DNA of 64,000 nucleotides from the human T2T-CHM13v2.0 reference genome, Homo sapiens. The notes below the pieces were generated by a model. The model did no database searches, was not told where the DNA came from, and saw nothing but the letters and a program-made list of their open reading frames with translations. The position numbers and the translations under genes are program-made. Positions 24,281 to 45,100 of the stretch are shown here, one piece after another. The stretch lies in NCBI RefSeq assembly GCF_009914755.1, contig NC_060936.1; one strand, written 5' to 3'. How positions within the stretch are numbered: position 1 is the stretch's first letter; each line of letters begins with the position of its first letter.

Positions 24281-24799
24281 ATTGTAGATACTTCTGTTAT
24301 TCAGAGTGGAACATTTAAGGATACATTTCCTTTCTCTAATCTGTATCAGAATATATATATATTCATTAATGGTATAATCTCAAAACATTAATAATATACC
24401 AAACTACATCATCCCTACCATGGATGGGCATAGAGGGGAAAAGCAGCAAGTTAATGAAAAAAGAAGACAGAAAACCTGTTAAATGATTACATTATCAAAC
24501 TAATAATGCTGCATAGGCCACCTATTATGATGACAATTTCCATATAGATTCAATAATGCTATATAGAATAACTGATATTGATGTTTTTCAATTAGTTTTC
24601 TGACTTGAATTTGTGTTTTGTTTTTTATGTATTCTCATTCTTTTAAATCTTTCCATTACTGTGAAATGTGTCTCACATAAAGAAAAGTGTCATGAATATA
24701 AATTTATAGCTCAGTGTGTCTGTGGTGTTCAAACTGATTATTAAATGGGAGAGTACCAGCACACGAAACATCTCACTGATTTTTTTTTGTTTTTTTTTG

Positions 24800-24973
24800 T
24801 ACATTTATATTCATATTAATAGCAGCTTTATTCATGATTGCCAAAACTTGGATGCAACCAAGATGTTCTTCAGTAAGTAGATAAATAAACTGTGGTACAT
24901 CTAAACAATGGAACACTATTCAGTGCTAAAAAAAGAAACAATCTATCAAGCCCTGATAAGATGTGGGGGAAAC
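24800..24973 (+). mobile_element. L1MC/L1MD-like 3' fragment
   Basis: tagcagctttattcat...aaacttgga...caaccaagatg...aaactgtggtacatc motifs. Confidence 0.65.
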
Positions 24974-24974
24974 T

Positions 24975-27225
24975 TTTAAACTGGGGTACATGTTCAGGTT
25001 TTTTATATAGGTAAATTACATATCATGAGGGTTTGGTGTACAGGTTATTTCATCACCCAGGTAATAAGCATGATACTCAATAGGTAGTTTTTCAATCCTC
25101 ACCCTCTTCCCACCCTCCACCCTCAAGTAGGCCCCAGTGTCTATTTTTCCCTTTTTTGTGTCCATGTGTACTCAGTGTTCAGCTCCCACTTTTAAGTGAG
25201 AACATGTGGTATTTGGTTTTTTGTTCCCGTGTTATTTTGCTTAGGATAATGCCCTCCAGCTCCATCCATGGTCTGGCAAAGGACATGATCTCATTCTTTT
25301 TATGGCTGCATATTTTTCTCTGGTATATATGTACCACATTTTCTTTATGCACTCTACCATTGATGGGGATTTAGGTTGATTCCATGTCTTTGCTACTGTG
25401 AATAGTGCTGTGATGAATGTACATGTGCATGTGTCTTTATGGAAGAACAATTTATATTCCTTTGGGTATATAACCAATAATAAGATTGCTGGGTCAAATG
25501 GTAATTCTGTTTTAAGTTCTTTGAGGAGTCACCACACTGTTTTCCACAGTAGTTGAACTAATTTACACTGTCAGCAGCACTGTGTAAGTGTTCCCTTTTC
25601 TCTGCAACCTCACCAGTATCTGTTATATTTAGACTTTTTAATATTAGCCATTCTTGCTGGTGTGAGATGGTATCTCATGGTGGTTTTGATTGCATTTCTC
25701 TAATGATTAGTGATGTTGAGCATGTTTTCATATGCTTGTTTGTCACATGTATGTCTGCTTTTAAAAAGTGTCTGTTTATGTCCTTCCTTTGCCCACTTTT
25801 AAATGGGTTTATTTGTTTTTTGCTTGTAAGTTTAAGTTCCTTATAAGTTCTGGATATTGAACCTTTGTTGGATGCTTAGTTTGAACGTATTTTCTACCAT
25901 TCTTTAGGTTGTTTGTTTACTCAATTGATAGCTTCCTTTGATGTGCAGAAGCTCTGAGATTTAATTAGATCCAATTTGTCAGTTTTTGTTTTTGCTGCAA
26001 TTGCTTTTGGTGTCTACGTCATGAAATCTTTGCCAGGGCTGATGTCCAGAATGGTATTTCCTGGGTTATCTTCCAAGGTTTTTATAGTTTTAGGTTGTAT
26101 ATTTAAGTCTTTAATCGATCTGGAGTTGATTTTTGTATGTGATGTAAACTAGGGGTCCAGTTTCAATCTTCCGCATATGGCTAGACATTTACTGCAGCAC
26201 AGTTTATTGAATGAGGAGTTGTTTATCCATTGCTTGTTTTTGTCAGCTTTGTCAAAGATCAGATGGTTATAGGTGTGCGACCTCATTTCTCGGTTCTTTA
26301 TTCTGTTCCGTTGGCCTATGTGTCTGTTTTTGTACCAGTACTGTGCTGTTTTGGTTACTGTAGCCCTGTATTATCGCTTGAAGTCCGGTAGCATGATGCC
26401 TCCTGCTTTGTTCTGTTTGGTTAGGATTGCTTTGGCTATTTGGACTCTTTTTTTGGCTCCATATGAATTTTAAAGTAGTATTTTCTAGTTCTGTGAAGAA
26501 TGTCATTGGCAATTTGATAGGAATAGTTTTGAATCTGTAAATTGCTTTGGGTGGTATGGCCATTTTAATGATATTGGTTCTTCCTATCTGTGAGCATGCA
26601 ATGTTTTTCTATTTGTTTGTGTCATCTCTGATTTATCTGAACAGTGTTTTGTAATTCTAACTGTAGAGATCTTTCATCTCCTTGGTTAGCTGTATTCTTA
26701 GGTATTGTATTCTTTTTCTGGCAATTGTGAATGGGATTGCATTTCTGATTTGGCTGTTGGCTTGGATGTTGTTGATGTATAGGAATGCTACTGATTTTTA
26801 GACATTGATTTTGTATCCTGAAACTGTGCTGAAGTTGTTTATCAGATCAAGGAGCTTTTGGGCAGAGACTATGGGGTTTTCCAGATGAAGAATCATGTAA
26901 TCTGCAAACAGGTATAGTTTGACTTTCTATCTTCCCATTTGGATGCTTTTTCTTTCTTTCTTTTGCCTGATTGTTCTCACCAGGACTTCCAATACTATAC
27001 TGAATGTGAGTGGTGAGAGAGGACATCCTTCTCTTGTGCCAGTTTTCAAGGGAAAGGCTTCCAGCTTTTACCCATTCAGTATGATGTTGGTTGTGGCTTT
27101 GTCAGAAAAGGCTCTTATATTTTGAAGTATTTTCCTTCAATGTCTAGTTTATTGAGGGTTTTTAACATGAAGGGATGTTGAATTTTATCAAAAGACTTTT
27201 TTTTGCATCTATTGAGATAATCATG
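24975..27225 (-). mobile_element. Older primate L1 (roughly L1PA11-16/L1PB type), 5'-truncated
   Basis: 3'UTR ggggtacatg...ataggtaaa; ORF2 remnants at 25241-25477 and 26267-26563; stops at attgagataatcatg. Confidence 0.85.
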
Positions 27226-28524
27226 CTTTTTATTTTATTATTTGTTTATTCTAATTTTAATTTTAATTAATTAATTTAGTTTTTAAATTATACTTTATGT
27301 TCTGGGATACAAGTGCAGAATGCGCAGGTTTGTTACATAGGTATACACGTGCCATGGTGGTTTGTTGCACCCATCAAACCGTCACCTACATTAGGTATTT
27401 CTCCTAAGGCTATCCCTCCCCTAGCACCCCAGGCCCTGACAGGTCCTGGTGTGTGATATTCCCCTCCCTGTGCCTGTGTGTTCTCATTGTTCAACTCCCA
27501 CTTATGAGTGAGAACATGCAGTGTTTTGTTTTCTGTTCTTGTGTTAATTTGCTGAGAATGATGGTTTCCAGTCTCATCCATGTCCCCGCAAAGAACTTGA
27601 CCTCATCCTTTTTTATGGCTGCATAGTATTCCATGGTGTATATGTGCCACATTTTCTTTATCCAGTCTATCATTGATGGGGATTTGGGTTGGTTCCAAGT
27701 CTTTGCTATTGTGAATAGTGTTGCAATAAACATACGTTGTGCATGTGTCTTTATAGTAGAATGATTTACAATCCTTTGGGTATATACCCAGTAATGGGAT
27801 TGCTGGGTCAAATGGTATTTTTGGTTTTAGATCCTTGAGGAATTGCCACACTGTATTCCACAATGGTTGAACTAATTTACACTCCCATCAAGAGTATAAA
27901 AGTGTTCCTATTTCTCCACATTCTCTCCAGCATCTGTTGTTTCCTGTCTTTTTAATAATTGCCATTCTAACTGGTGTGAGATGCTATCTCATTGTGGTTT
28001 TGATTTCCATTTCTCTAATGACCAATGATGATGAGCTTTTTTCATATGTTTGTTGGCCACATAAATGTCTTCTTTTGAAAAGTGTCTGTTTATATCCTTT
28101 GCCCACTTTTTGATGGGGTTGTTTTTTTCTTGTAAATTTATTTAAGTTCTTTGTAGATCCTGGATATTAGCCCTTTGTCAGATGGATAGATTGCAGAAAT
28201 TTTCTCACATTTTGTAGGTTACCTGTTCACTGTGATGATAGTTTCTTTTGCTGTGCAGAAGCTCTTTCGTTTAATTAGATCCCATTTGTCAATTTGGGCT
28301 TTTGTTGCAGTTGCTTTTGGTGTTTTAGTCATGAAGTCTTTGCCCATGCCTATATCCTGAATGGTATTGCCAAGGTTTTCTTCTAGGGTTTTTATGGTTT
28401 GGGGTTTTACATTTAAGTCTTTAATCCATCTTGAGTTAATTTTTGTATAAGGTGTAAGGAAGGGGTCCAGTTTCAATTTTCTGCATATGGCTAGCTAGTT
28501 TTCTCAACACCATTTATTAAATAG

Positions 28525-28843
<319 letters not shown>

Positions 28844-29390
28844 CACCATTGCTTGTTTTTGACAGGTTTGTCAAAGATTGGATGGCTGTAGATGTGTGGT
28901 GTTATTTCTGAGGCCTCTGTTCTGTTCCATTGGTCTATATGTCTGTTTTGGTACCAGTACCATGCTGTCTTGGTTTCTGTAGGCTTGATAGTTTCTTTTG
29001 ATAGTATAGTTTGAAGTCAGGTAGCTGATGCCTCCAGCTTTGTTCTTTTTGCATAGGATTGTCTTGGCTATGTGGTCTCTTTCTTGGTTCCATATGAAAT
29101 TTAAAATAGTTTTTTTCTAATTCTGTGAAGAAAGTCAATGGTAGTTTGATGAGGATAGCATTGAATCTATAAATTACTTTGAAAAGTGTGGCCATTTTCA
29201 TGATATTGATTCTTCCTATCCATGAGGATGGAATGTTTTTCCTTTTGTTTGTGTTCTCTCTTATTTCCTTGAGCAGTGGTTTGTAGTTCTCCTTGAAGAG
29301 GTCCTTCACATTCCTTGTAAGTTGTTTTCTTGGGTATTTTATTCTCTTTGTAGCAATTGTGAATGGGAGTTCACTCATGATTTGGTTCTA

Positions 29391-29579
<189 letters not shown>

Positions 29580-32500
29580 CTATATTTTTTTCTCTTGCCT
29601 GATTGCCCTGGCCAGAACTTCCAATAAATACTATGTTGAAAAAGAGTGATGAGAGAGGGAATCCTTGTCTTGTGCTGGTTTTCAAAAGGAATGCTTCCAG
29701 CTTTTGCCCATTCAGTAGGATATGGGCTACGTTTGTCATAAATAGCTCTTATAATTTTGAGATACGTTCCATCAATACCTAGTTTATTGAGAGTTTTTAG
29801 CATGAAGGGCTGTTGAATTTTGTCAAAGGCCTTTTCTGCATCTATTGATATAATCATGTGGTTCTTGTCATTGGTTCCGTTTATTTGATGGATTACATTT
29901 ATTGATTTGCGTATGTTGAACCAGCCTTGCATCCCAGGGATGAAGCTGACTTGGTCATAGGGGATAAGCTTTTTGATTTGCTGCTGGATTTGGTTTGCCA
30001 GTATTTCACTCAGGATTTTTGCACTGATGTTCATCAGGGATATTGGTCATAAATTTTCTTTTTTTTTGTTGTGTCTCTGCCAGGTTTTGGTATCAGAAGG
30101 ATGCTGGCTTCATAAAATGAGTTAGGGAGGATTCCCTGTTTTTTCTATTGTTTGGAATAGTTTCAGAAGGAATGGCACCAGCTCCTCTCTGTACCTCTGG
30201 TAGAATTTGGCTGGAAATCCATCTGGTCCTGGACTTATTTTTCTTGGTAGGCTATTAATTACTGCCTCAACTTCAGAACTTGTTATTGGTCTATTCAGGG
30301 ATTCGACTTCTTCCTGGTTTAGACTTGGGAGGGTGTATGTTTCCAGGAATTTATCCATTTCTTCTAGATTTTCCAGTTTATTTGCATAGAGGTGTTTATA
30401 GTAATCTCTGATGGTGGTTTGTATTTCTGTGGGATTAGTGGTGATATCCCGTTTATCATTTTTTATTGCATCTATTTGATTCTTCTGTTTTTCCTTCTTT
30501 ATTAGTCTTGCTAGCAGTCTATCTATTTTGTTGGTCTCTTCAAAAAACTAGCTCCTGGATTCATTGATTTTTTTGAAGGGTTTTTCATGTCTCTATCTTC
30601 TTCAGTTCTGCTCTGATCTTAGTTATTTCTTGCCTTCTGCTAGCTTTTGAATTTGTTTGCTCTTGCTTCTCTAGTTCTTTTAATTGTGATGTTAGGGTGT
30701 TGATTTTAAATCTTTCCTGCTTTCTCTTGTGGGCATTTAGTGCTATAAATTTTCCTCTACGCACTGCTTTAAATGTGTCCCAGAGATTCTGGCATGTTGT
30801 GTCTTTGTTCTCATTGGTTTCAAAGAACTTCTTGATTTCTGCCTTAATTTTATTATTTACCCAGTAGTCATTCAGGAGCAGGTTGTTCAGTTTCCATGTA
30901 GTTGTGCGGTTTTTAATGAGTTTCTTAATCCTAAGTTCTAATTTGATGGCACTGTGGTCTGAGAGACTGTTTGTTATGATTTCCATTCTTTTGCATTTGC
31001 TAAGTGTTTTACTTCCAATTATGTGGTCAATTTTAGAATAAGTGTGATGTGGTGCTGAGAAGAATGTATATTCTGTTGATTTGGGGTGGAAATTTATGTA
31101 GATGTCTATTAGGTCTGGTTTGTCCAGAGCTGAGTTCAAGTCCTGAATGTGCTTGTGAATTTTCTATCTCGTTGATCTGTCTAATATTGACAGTGGGGCA
31201 TTAAAGTCTCCCACTGTTATTCTGTGAGAGTCTAAGTCTGTTTGTAGATCTCTAAGAACTTGGTTTATGAATCTGGGTGCTCCTGTATTGGGTGCATATA
31301 CATTTAGGATAGTTAGTTCTTCTTGTTGCATTGATCCCTTTACCATTATTAATGGTCTTCTTTGTCTCTTTTGATCTTTGTTGGTTTAAAGTCTGTTTTA
31401 TAAAAGACTAGGATTGCAACCCCTGCTTTTTTTTGCTTTCCATTGCTTGGTAAATCTTCCTCCCTCCCTTTATTGTGAGTCTATGTGTGTCTTTGCACAT
31501 GAGATTGGTCTCCTGAATACAGCACACCGATGGGTCTTGATTGTTTATCCAATTTGCCCGTCTGTGTCTTTTAATTGGGGTATTAAGCCCATTTACATTT
31601 AAGGGCTTACACATAATACTGTTATGTGTAAATTTGACCCTGTCATTATGATGCTAGCGGGTTATTTTGCCTGTTAGTTGATGCAGTTTCTTCATAGTGT
31701 CAATGGCCTTTACAATTTGGCATGTTTTTGCAGTGGCTGGTAGAGGTTGTTCCTTTCCACGTTTAGTGCTTTCTTTAGGAGCTCTTATAAGGCAGGCCTG
31801 ATGGTGACAAAATCTCTCAGCATTTGCTTGTCTGTAAAGGATTTTATTTCTCCTTTGCTTATGAAGCTTAGTTTGGCTGGATATGAAATTCTGGGTTGAA
31901 AATTCTTCTCTTTAAGAATGTTGAATATTGGCCCCTACTCTCTTCTAGCTTATAGGGCTTCTGCAGAGAGATCTGCTGTTAGTCTGATGAGCTTCCTTTG
32001 TGGGTAACCCACCTCTTCTCTCTGGCTGCCCTTAAAACTTTTTCCTTCATTTCAACCCTGGTGAATCTGATGATTACGTGTCTTTGGGTTGCTCTTCTTG
32101 AGGAGTATCTTTGTGGTGTTCTCTGTATTTCCTGAATTTGAATGTTGGCCTGTCTTTCTAAGTTGGAGAAGTTCTCCTGGATAATATCCTGAAATTTGTT
32201 TTCCAACCTGGTTCCATTCTCCCCGTCACTTTCAGGTACACCAATCAAATGTAGATGTGGTCTTTTCACACTGTCCCATATTTCTTGGAGTCTTTCTTTG
32301 TCCTTTTCATTACTTTTTCTCTTACGTTGTCTTCTTGCTTTATTTCATTAAGTTGATCTTCAATCTCTAATATCCTTTCTTCTGCTTGATTGATTTGGCT
32401 ATTGATACTTGTGTATGCTTCACAAAGTTCTCATGCTGTGCTTTCCAGCTGCATCAAGTCATTTATGTTCTTCTGCGTACTGGTTATTCTAGTTAGCAAT

Positions 32501-33225
32501 TCATCTAACCTTTTTTCAAGGTTCTTAGCTTCCTTGCATTGGGTTGGAACATGCTCCTTTAGCTCGGAGGAATTTGTTATTACCCACCTTCTGAAGCCTA
32601 CTTCTGTCAATTCGTCAAGTCCATTTTCCATTTAATTTTGTTCCCTTGCTGACGAGGAGCTGTGATCCTTTGAAGAAGAGGCTTTCTGGTTTTTGGAATT
32701 TTCAACATTTTTACACTGGTTTCTCCCCATATTCATGGATTTATCTACCCTTGGTCTTTGATGTTGGTGACCTTCAGGCAGGGTCTCTGATTGGACGTCC
32801 TTTTTGTGATGTTGATTCTATTCATTTCTGTTTGTTAGCTTTCCTTCTACTAGTCAGGCCTCTCTGCTGCAGGTCTGCTGGAGTTTGCTGGAGGTCCACT
32901 CTAGACCCTGTTTGCCTGGGTACCACCAGCAGAGGCTGCAGAAGAGCAAATATTTCTGCCTGTTCTTTCCTCTGGAAGCTTCATCCCAGAGGGGCATCTG
33001 CCAGATGTCAGCCAGAGCTCTCCTGTATGAGGTGTCTGTCAACCCCTGCTGGGAGGTGTCTCCCAGTCAGGATACACTGGGGTCAGGGACCCACTAGAGG
33101 AGGCAGTCTGACCTTTAGCAGAGCTTGAACATTGTGCTGGGAGGTCTGATGCTCTCTTCAGAGCCATCAGGCAGGGATGTTTAAGATGGGGGTTTTATCT
33201 ATAAGTCCCTGATGGGGGCTGCTTT

Positions 33226-39375
<6,150 letters not shown>

Positions 39376-40203
39376 TTTTTTTTTTTTTTTTTTCCAGAGA
39401 TGCCTTGCCCAGAGGGGAGGAATCTAGAGAGGCAGTCTGGCTGCAGCAGCCTTCCTGAGCTGTGGTGGGCTCTGCCCATTTCAAACTTCCTGAGCAGCCT
39501 TATTTACACTGTGATTATAAAACCACCTACTTAAGCCTCAGGAATGGTGGAGGCCCCTCCGCCCACCAAGCTCAAGGGTCCCATATCAACCTCAGACTGT
39601 TGTGCTGGTGGTGAGAATTTCAAGCCAGTGGATCTTAGTTTTCTGGGCTCTGTGGGAGTGTAACCCACCGAACCAGACCACTTGGCTCCCTGGTTTCAGC
39701 CTCCTTTCCAGGGGAGTAAATGATTCTGTCTCTCTGGTGTTCCAGGCACCACTGGGGTATGAAAAACAAACAAACAAACAAACAAACAAAAATCTCCTGT
39801 AGCTAGCTTGGTGTCTGCCCAAATGGTCACCCAGTTTTGTGATTGAAACCCGGGGCCCTGTTGGTGTAGGCACCGGAGGGAATCTCCTGGTCTGTGGGTT
39901 GTGAAGACCACGGGAAAAGTGCAGTATCTGGGCTGGAATGTACCATTCCTCATGGCAAAGTCCCTAATGGCTTCCCTTGGCTAGGAGAGGGAAGTTCCCC
40001 AACCCCTTATGCTTCCTGTGTGAGGCAATGCCCCACCCTGCTTTGGCTCACTGTTTTTGGGCTGCACCCACTGTCCAACCAGTCCCAGTGAGATGAACTG
40101 GGTGCTTCAGTTGGAAATGCAGAATTCACCTGCCGTCTGCATTGATCTCACTGGGAGCTGCAGACTGGAGCTGTTCCTATTTGGCCATCTTGCCAGCAAT
40201 CCC

Positions 40204-42798
40204 TGTCTTGCTTTCTTGTTCCCCTCCTTTGCCAAGTCCCTGTTCTCTACATGGTCTCTACCACCCTCCAGCAGATGCAGGATGCTCTGTGGGTTGTGGG
40301 ACAGAGAGGTCAGTTGCCTCACTCCAACATCTGTGGCCTGTTTCATTTCTGCCTTGGCCTGCTCCAGCCTTTGCTTCCATCTTGCAATTTCTTGGTCAGG
40401 CATCTCTGCAGGTTGCCAACAGTCAGTGCTGTCATTCAGATCATCACGGTTTGCCCCCGAAGATCTCCACTGTGCTGTGCAGCATGTGGGAATTGTTCTG
40501 CATCAGTCACTTGGGGAAGTTCAGGAGGCTGGCATTTTTGTACTGTCTTCAGAAGCTCACTTGTGCCCTGAAGGGAAGACCTGTTCATTTCATTTAGAAA
40601 CCTCGGGCAGAGGGTTTGGAGCAATTGAGGACTGGCCTTGGCATGGTGGATGTGAGGCCATCACTGGCCTGGGATGCTGGCCCCATCTTGTCTTTGGCCT
40701 TTCCATGAACCTCACCCTGGGTTGAACCTCTTCCGGCCAGCTCTTCCTTTTTTATCACCATATGTTATCTCCTGCTCATAGAGGCCAACACAGCAGTGCA
40801 TGCCTGGATCACCCAGAGTATATACAGGGTAACTGACTCTAGTCCCAGGATTCTGTACGTTACTAGTAGTACTGCCCAACTGCCCACACTTGGGCCAGCA
40901 GCAGCTGAGTATGTATTTCGTGGTGGGCAGCAGGCCCACCATGGCTCCTAAGGGCTTCACAGCTCTGGTTCCACTTGCCAGTGGCCTGTGGGCCACAAGT
41001 GACCACGCAGAACCATGTGGAGTGTTCTTTCTCTAACACAAACAAGGGCCCACAAAGCAGAGTAGACCATCTACTGAACTGGGAGGAGGGGAGCCACCTC
41101 ATGTTCTAGAAAACTATGTCCCTGATTTTGCTGAGCAAATGGAAAGCAACATTACTTATGCTGCAGTGCCTTGAGGGAGTGGAAAGAGCTCATGGCAGCC
41201 CCTAGCTCAGGCTACTCCAGGCTCCCACCTCACACTACAGCACAGCTAGAGGTTCAAAGAAGGGCCATGCCATAGCCCCGGGTCCACAAATGATTCTCTT
41301 GGTGCAGTGTGGTGACCTGTCCCTGGTGAGGCTCATTACTCTGATTTCACATTTCCTTCTGCTGCAGGGAAGCCTGCTTTTGGCTACAAAGAGTCTGTCT
41401 ACCTTGCTAGATTTTGCTCCTTGAAGAAGGGGCTATGTTTTCTTCATCTCCATATCGCCAGTAGCTAGCCAATGCCCAGTATACACTAGAGGATCAGTCA
41501 TTGTTTGTCTTGTTTTCTTTTTGACTCTGCTCTCACTTGGGACATGTCACTTCCCCTCTTGACCTCCATATGCAGATCTGTGAATATGAGTAAATGGGTA
41601 AAGGCCCCTCTAGCTTTAAAACCCTTCTGACATAGAGAGAACTCTGAACAGAACCAGAAGCTAAGGAATGATGAATAGAGCATTTTCCCTGGCATGATGG
41701 GTAGGCTCTACAGATCTGGCTATTAGGGTGGTATCTTGCCACTTGAATTTGACGTTGATTTTCAAATCACTCGCAAGAATGATCTTTAGAGTTGGTGGTT
41801 TTGTGTGTGTGTGTTTTTTTAGACTTTGTTGTTGACAACACCTTCTGGAAATCTTTTTCACAGAGAATATGGGGGCTTCTTTGGACAAATTGAGTGGATG
41901 CAGGGTCTATCTGCCTGACAGCTACTGTTTGGGCCACATCATGACTGCTGCATCCTGCTCCTCTACAGAGGTTTCTTCCACAATATAGTGTGTCTGGCCC
42001 TGTCATTTGTTACAGGTATAGAAACAACAACCGAGAACCTGAAACTGCTGGGATAAGTGCCTGCCACTGAATCCTGTCCCCTCACAGGCACATCTACAAG
42101 GTGCACCTGTGCTCTGGCCCAGGTGGTGGTGGTGAGGAGGTGGTGTCTGATTTCCAAGAAGACGGACCATAGGAACTTCCAGGATAATGTTGCCTTGGAC
42201 ACCACAGTCTGTGTGAACAGCAGGACCGAAGTTGTGAGAATTGCCATGATGGTGAGGGCTGATAGCAGGACAGTCACATTAGAAAGGCAGCATCCTGGCC
42301 TTCCACGATAGGCTGAGTGACTTGGCCTCTGTCTCCCCATTGGACCTGCCATCTTATTGCCAGTTCCTGGAGGAGCACTGTGGGCTCCTCCCCAGGACCT
42401 GCTTCTTGGCTTCCCTTTGCCACGACTCCCTCTGAGCTGTGATGGCAGCCTCTCTGGCCCTGTGGGGGAGTGGGCACAGGGAGAGGAGGGGCAGCTGATG
42501 AGCTTGAGGCAAGTGGGTGGCCTGCTCTGGCTGTGGCACTTTCTTGGGCCAGCCCTGGCCTGGCTCCGGGGCTCTGCCTACTCCACCTCCAGGATCCTTA
42601 GGCTGCATCCTGCTGGCACGGCATCTTCCACCCACTCTCTGGATGTATTTTGCATGTGAGAAAACATGAGTTTTGGGGAGCCAGGGGTAGAGGGCTGAGG
42701 CGGGAGCCTGGAGTGGCCTGAGCTAGGGGCTGCCATGAGCTCTCTCCACTCTCTCAAGGTGCTGCATAAGTAATGTCACTTTCTATTTGCTCAGCAAA
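40204..42798. other. Non-repeat, GC-richer, coding-like degraded segment of unknown origin (possible old retrocopy with an internal inversion)
   Basis: No TE I recognise over most of its length; short protein-like frames; ~105-bp inverted repeat 41127-41232 vs 42696-42798. Parent gene not recognised. Confidence 0.4.
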
Positions 42799-42809
42799 TA
42801 GAAACATAA

Positions 42810-43172
42810 GTTCAAAACTTATGTTGAAATTTAATCACTTTTGGGATAGTACTGCAAAGTGGGACTGTTAAGAGGGCTGTTAGGCCAAGAGGGCTCTGCC
42901 TTCATGAATGGATTAATGTCATGGTCATGAGAATGAGTTCATTATTACAAGAGTAAATGGTCATAAAAGTGAGTTTGCTTTCTCACTTGCTCCCTCTTTT
43001 GCCCTTCTGTCATTGTTCTTGGGAGCATGCAGCACAAAGGCCCTTACCAGAGGCTAGTGCCATGCTCTTGGACTTCCCAGCCTCTAGAACCACAAGACAA
43101 ACAAATTTCCATTCATTATAAATTACTCAGTCTGTGGTATTCTGTTATAGCAACATTAAATGAACTAAGACA
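42810..43172 (+). mobile_element. MaLR LTR (MST/MLT1A-like)
   Basis: aaaacttatgttgaaatttaatc...ttggacttcccagcctctagaac...aactaagaca. Confidence 0.8.
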
Positions 43173-43364
43173 ATAGCTATATTCTTAGTTTTCTGAGAAT
43201 TTTTATCATGATTAGATACTGAATTTTGTCAAATGATTTTTGCTGCATGAATTGATGTGATCATATGATTTTTATCATTTAGCCTGTTCATGTGAGGGAT
43301 TACATTGATTGAATTTTGAATATTGCACTAGCCTTGCATACCTGGAATAAATACCACTTGGCAT

Positions 43365-44003
43365 TGATATAGGAATTAAAAAGAAATTATTTAGGCAGAT
43401 AGTGAGGGTAAGGAAGTCCTCGGTAAGGCTTTTCTTTTAGTGAAAAGCAGCCCCCAAATCATTTTCTTTTCTAACAAAGAACAGCCAGTAAAATTGAGCT
43501 ACAGACATAGACAAGTAAGCTGGAAACTTGCACAGGTGAATGCTGGCAGTTGTGTCAATAGGAAAGGGGCTACCTGGGGGTTAGGCATGTTCAAAATGGT
43601 GGTTCCATCTTCCCTTTTCCTTGCCAACCATGTGTGCAGTCAGAAGCAGACAACATGGTGCTGACCAGGCAAAGATACCATTTGCATAATATTAGGGTGG
43701 GGTGGCCAGCTTCTCCTTGTGCTACGTAAATGTCACACCTGGTCCAACCAATCTTTGGGTCCTACATAAATCAGACACCACCTCCTCAAGCCAGTCTATA
43801 AAACCCTGTGCACTCCACTGTGGGCTGGAGGTCCCACTTGGGCACCCCTCTCTCTGGCAGAAGAGAGAGAGCTAATCTCCTTTCTCTTTCTTTTGCCTAT
43901 TAAACCACTCTTAAACCCACTTCTTGTATGTCTGTGTACTCAATTTCCTTGGCATGAGATGATGAACCTCAGGTATTTACCCCAGATAAATGACACTGCT
44001 TCA
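43365..44003 (+). mobile_element. ERV1 solo LTR (MER50-like)
   Basis: TG...CA ends; aagaaattatttaggcagatagtgagggtaaggaagtcctcggtaagg; TATA-like ctataaaa ~43796; attaaa ~43899; 4-bp TSD gcat/gtat. Confidence 0.8.
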
Positions 44004-44401
44004 GTATGATGTATGATTCTCTTTATATGGTTTGGATTTGATTTGCTAATACTTTGTTGATAACTGCATCATGAGAAATATTGATCTTTAGTTTTTACTT
44101 TTTTTTAATTATACTGCCTTTGTCTGGATTTACTATTGGAGTAATACTGGCTTCATAAAATGAGTTGGGAAGTGTTCCCACACCTCTTATATTCTGGAAG
44201 AGATTATGTAAAATTGTTGGTAATGTCTTTAAATGTTTGGTAGAATTCTCCAGGGAAACCATTTGGAAGTGGAGTCATCTTTAAAGGAGATTTTTATATT
44301 ATGAATTCAATTTATTTAATTGTTATGGCCTTTTTCATATTACTTATTTCATATCAAGTTTGGGTAGTTTGTGTTTTTTAAGAGATTGGTCCAATTCTTC
44401 T

Positions 44402-44644
44402 TCTTCTTTTTTTTTATTATACTTTAAGTTTTAGGGTACATGTGCACAATGTGCAGGTTAGTTACGTATGTATACATGTGCCATGTTGGTGTGCTGCACC
44501 CAGTAACTCGTCATTTAACATTAGGTATATCTCCAAATGCTATCCCTTCCCCCTCCCCTGACCCCACAACAGGCCCCAGTGTGTGATGTTCCCCTTCCTG
44601 TGTCCATGTGTTCTCATTGTTCAATTCCCACCTATGAGTGAGAA
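44402..44644 (-). mobile_element. Very short 5'-truncated L1PA3/4-like insertion
   Basis: Essentially only the L1 3'UTR; TSD caattcttct at 44392-44401 and 44645-44654; target ttct/aa. Confidence 0.9.
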
Positions 44645-44833
44645 CAATTCTTCTAAATTGTCAAATTTATGAGCATAAGGCTGTTCATAGTATTCCCTTA
44701 TTATCCTTTTTTTAATTTTCTATTTTATTGTATTTTATATACATATATGTATATACACTTTTAATCTCCCTTAAAATCTCTGCCCTTTAATTGGTATATT
44801 TGGACTATTTATGTTTATGGTAATTACAATTAA

Positions 44834-45100
<267 letters not shown>

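Noticed and set aside
40057-40725. 222-aa plus-strand ORF
   Set aside because: It begins in antisense L1 5'UTR and crosses into the unknown segment on the strand opposite its inferred sense; it has no recognisable domain.
41963-42352. 129-aa minus-strand ORF with a hydrophobic, TM-like stretch
   Set aside because: Under the inversion model it is the antisense shadow of the plus-strand frame, and I recognise no homologue.
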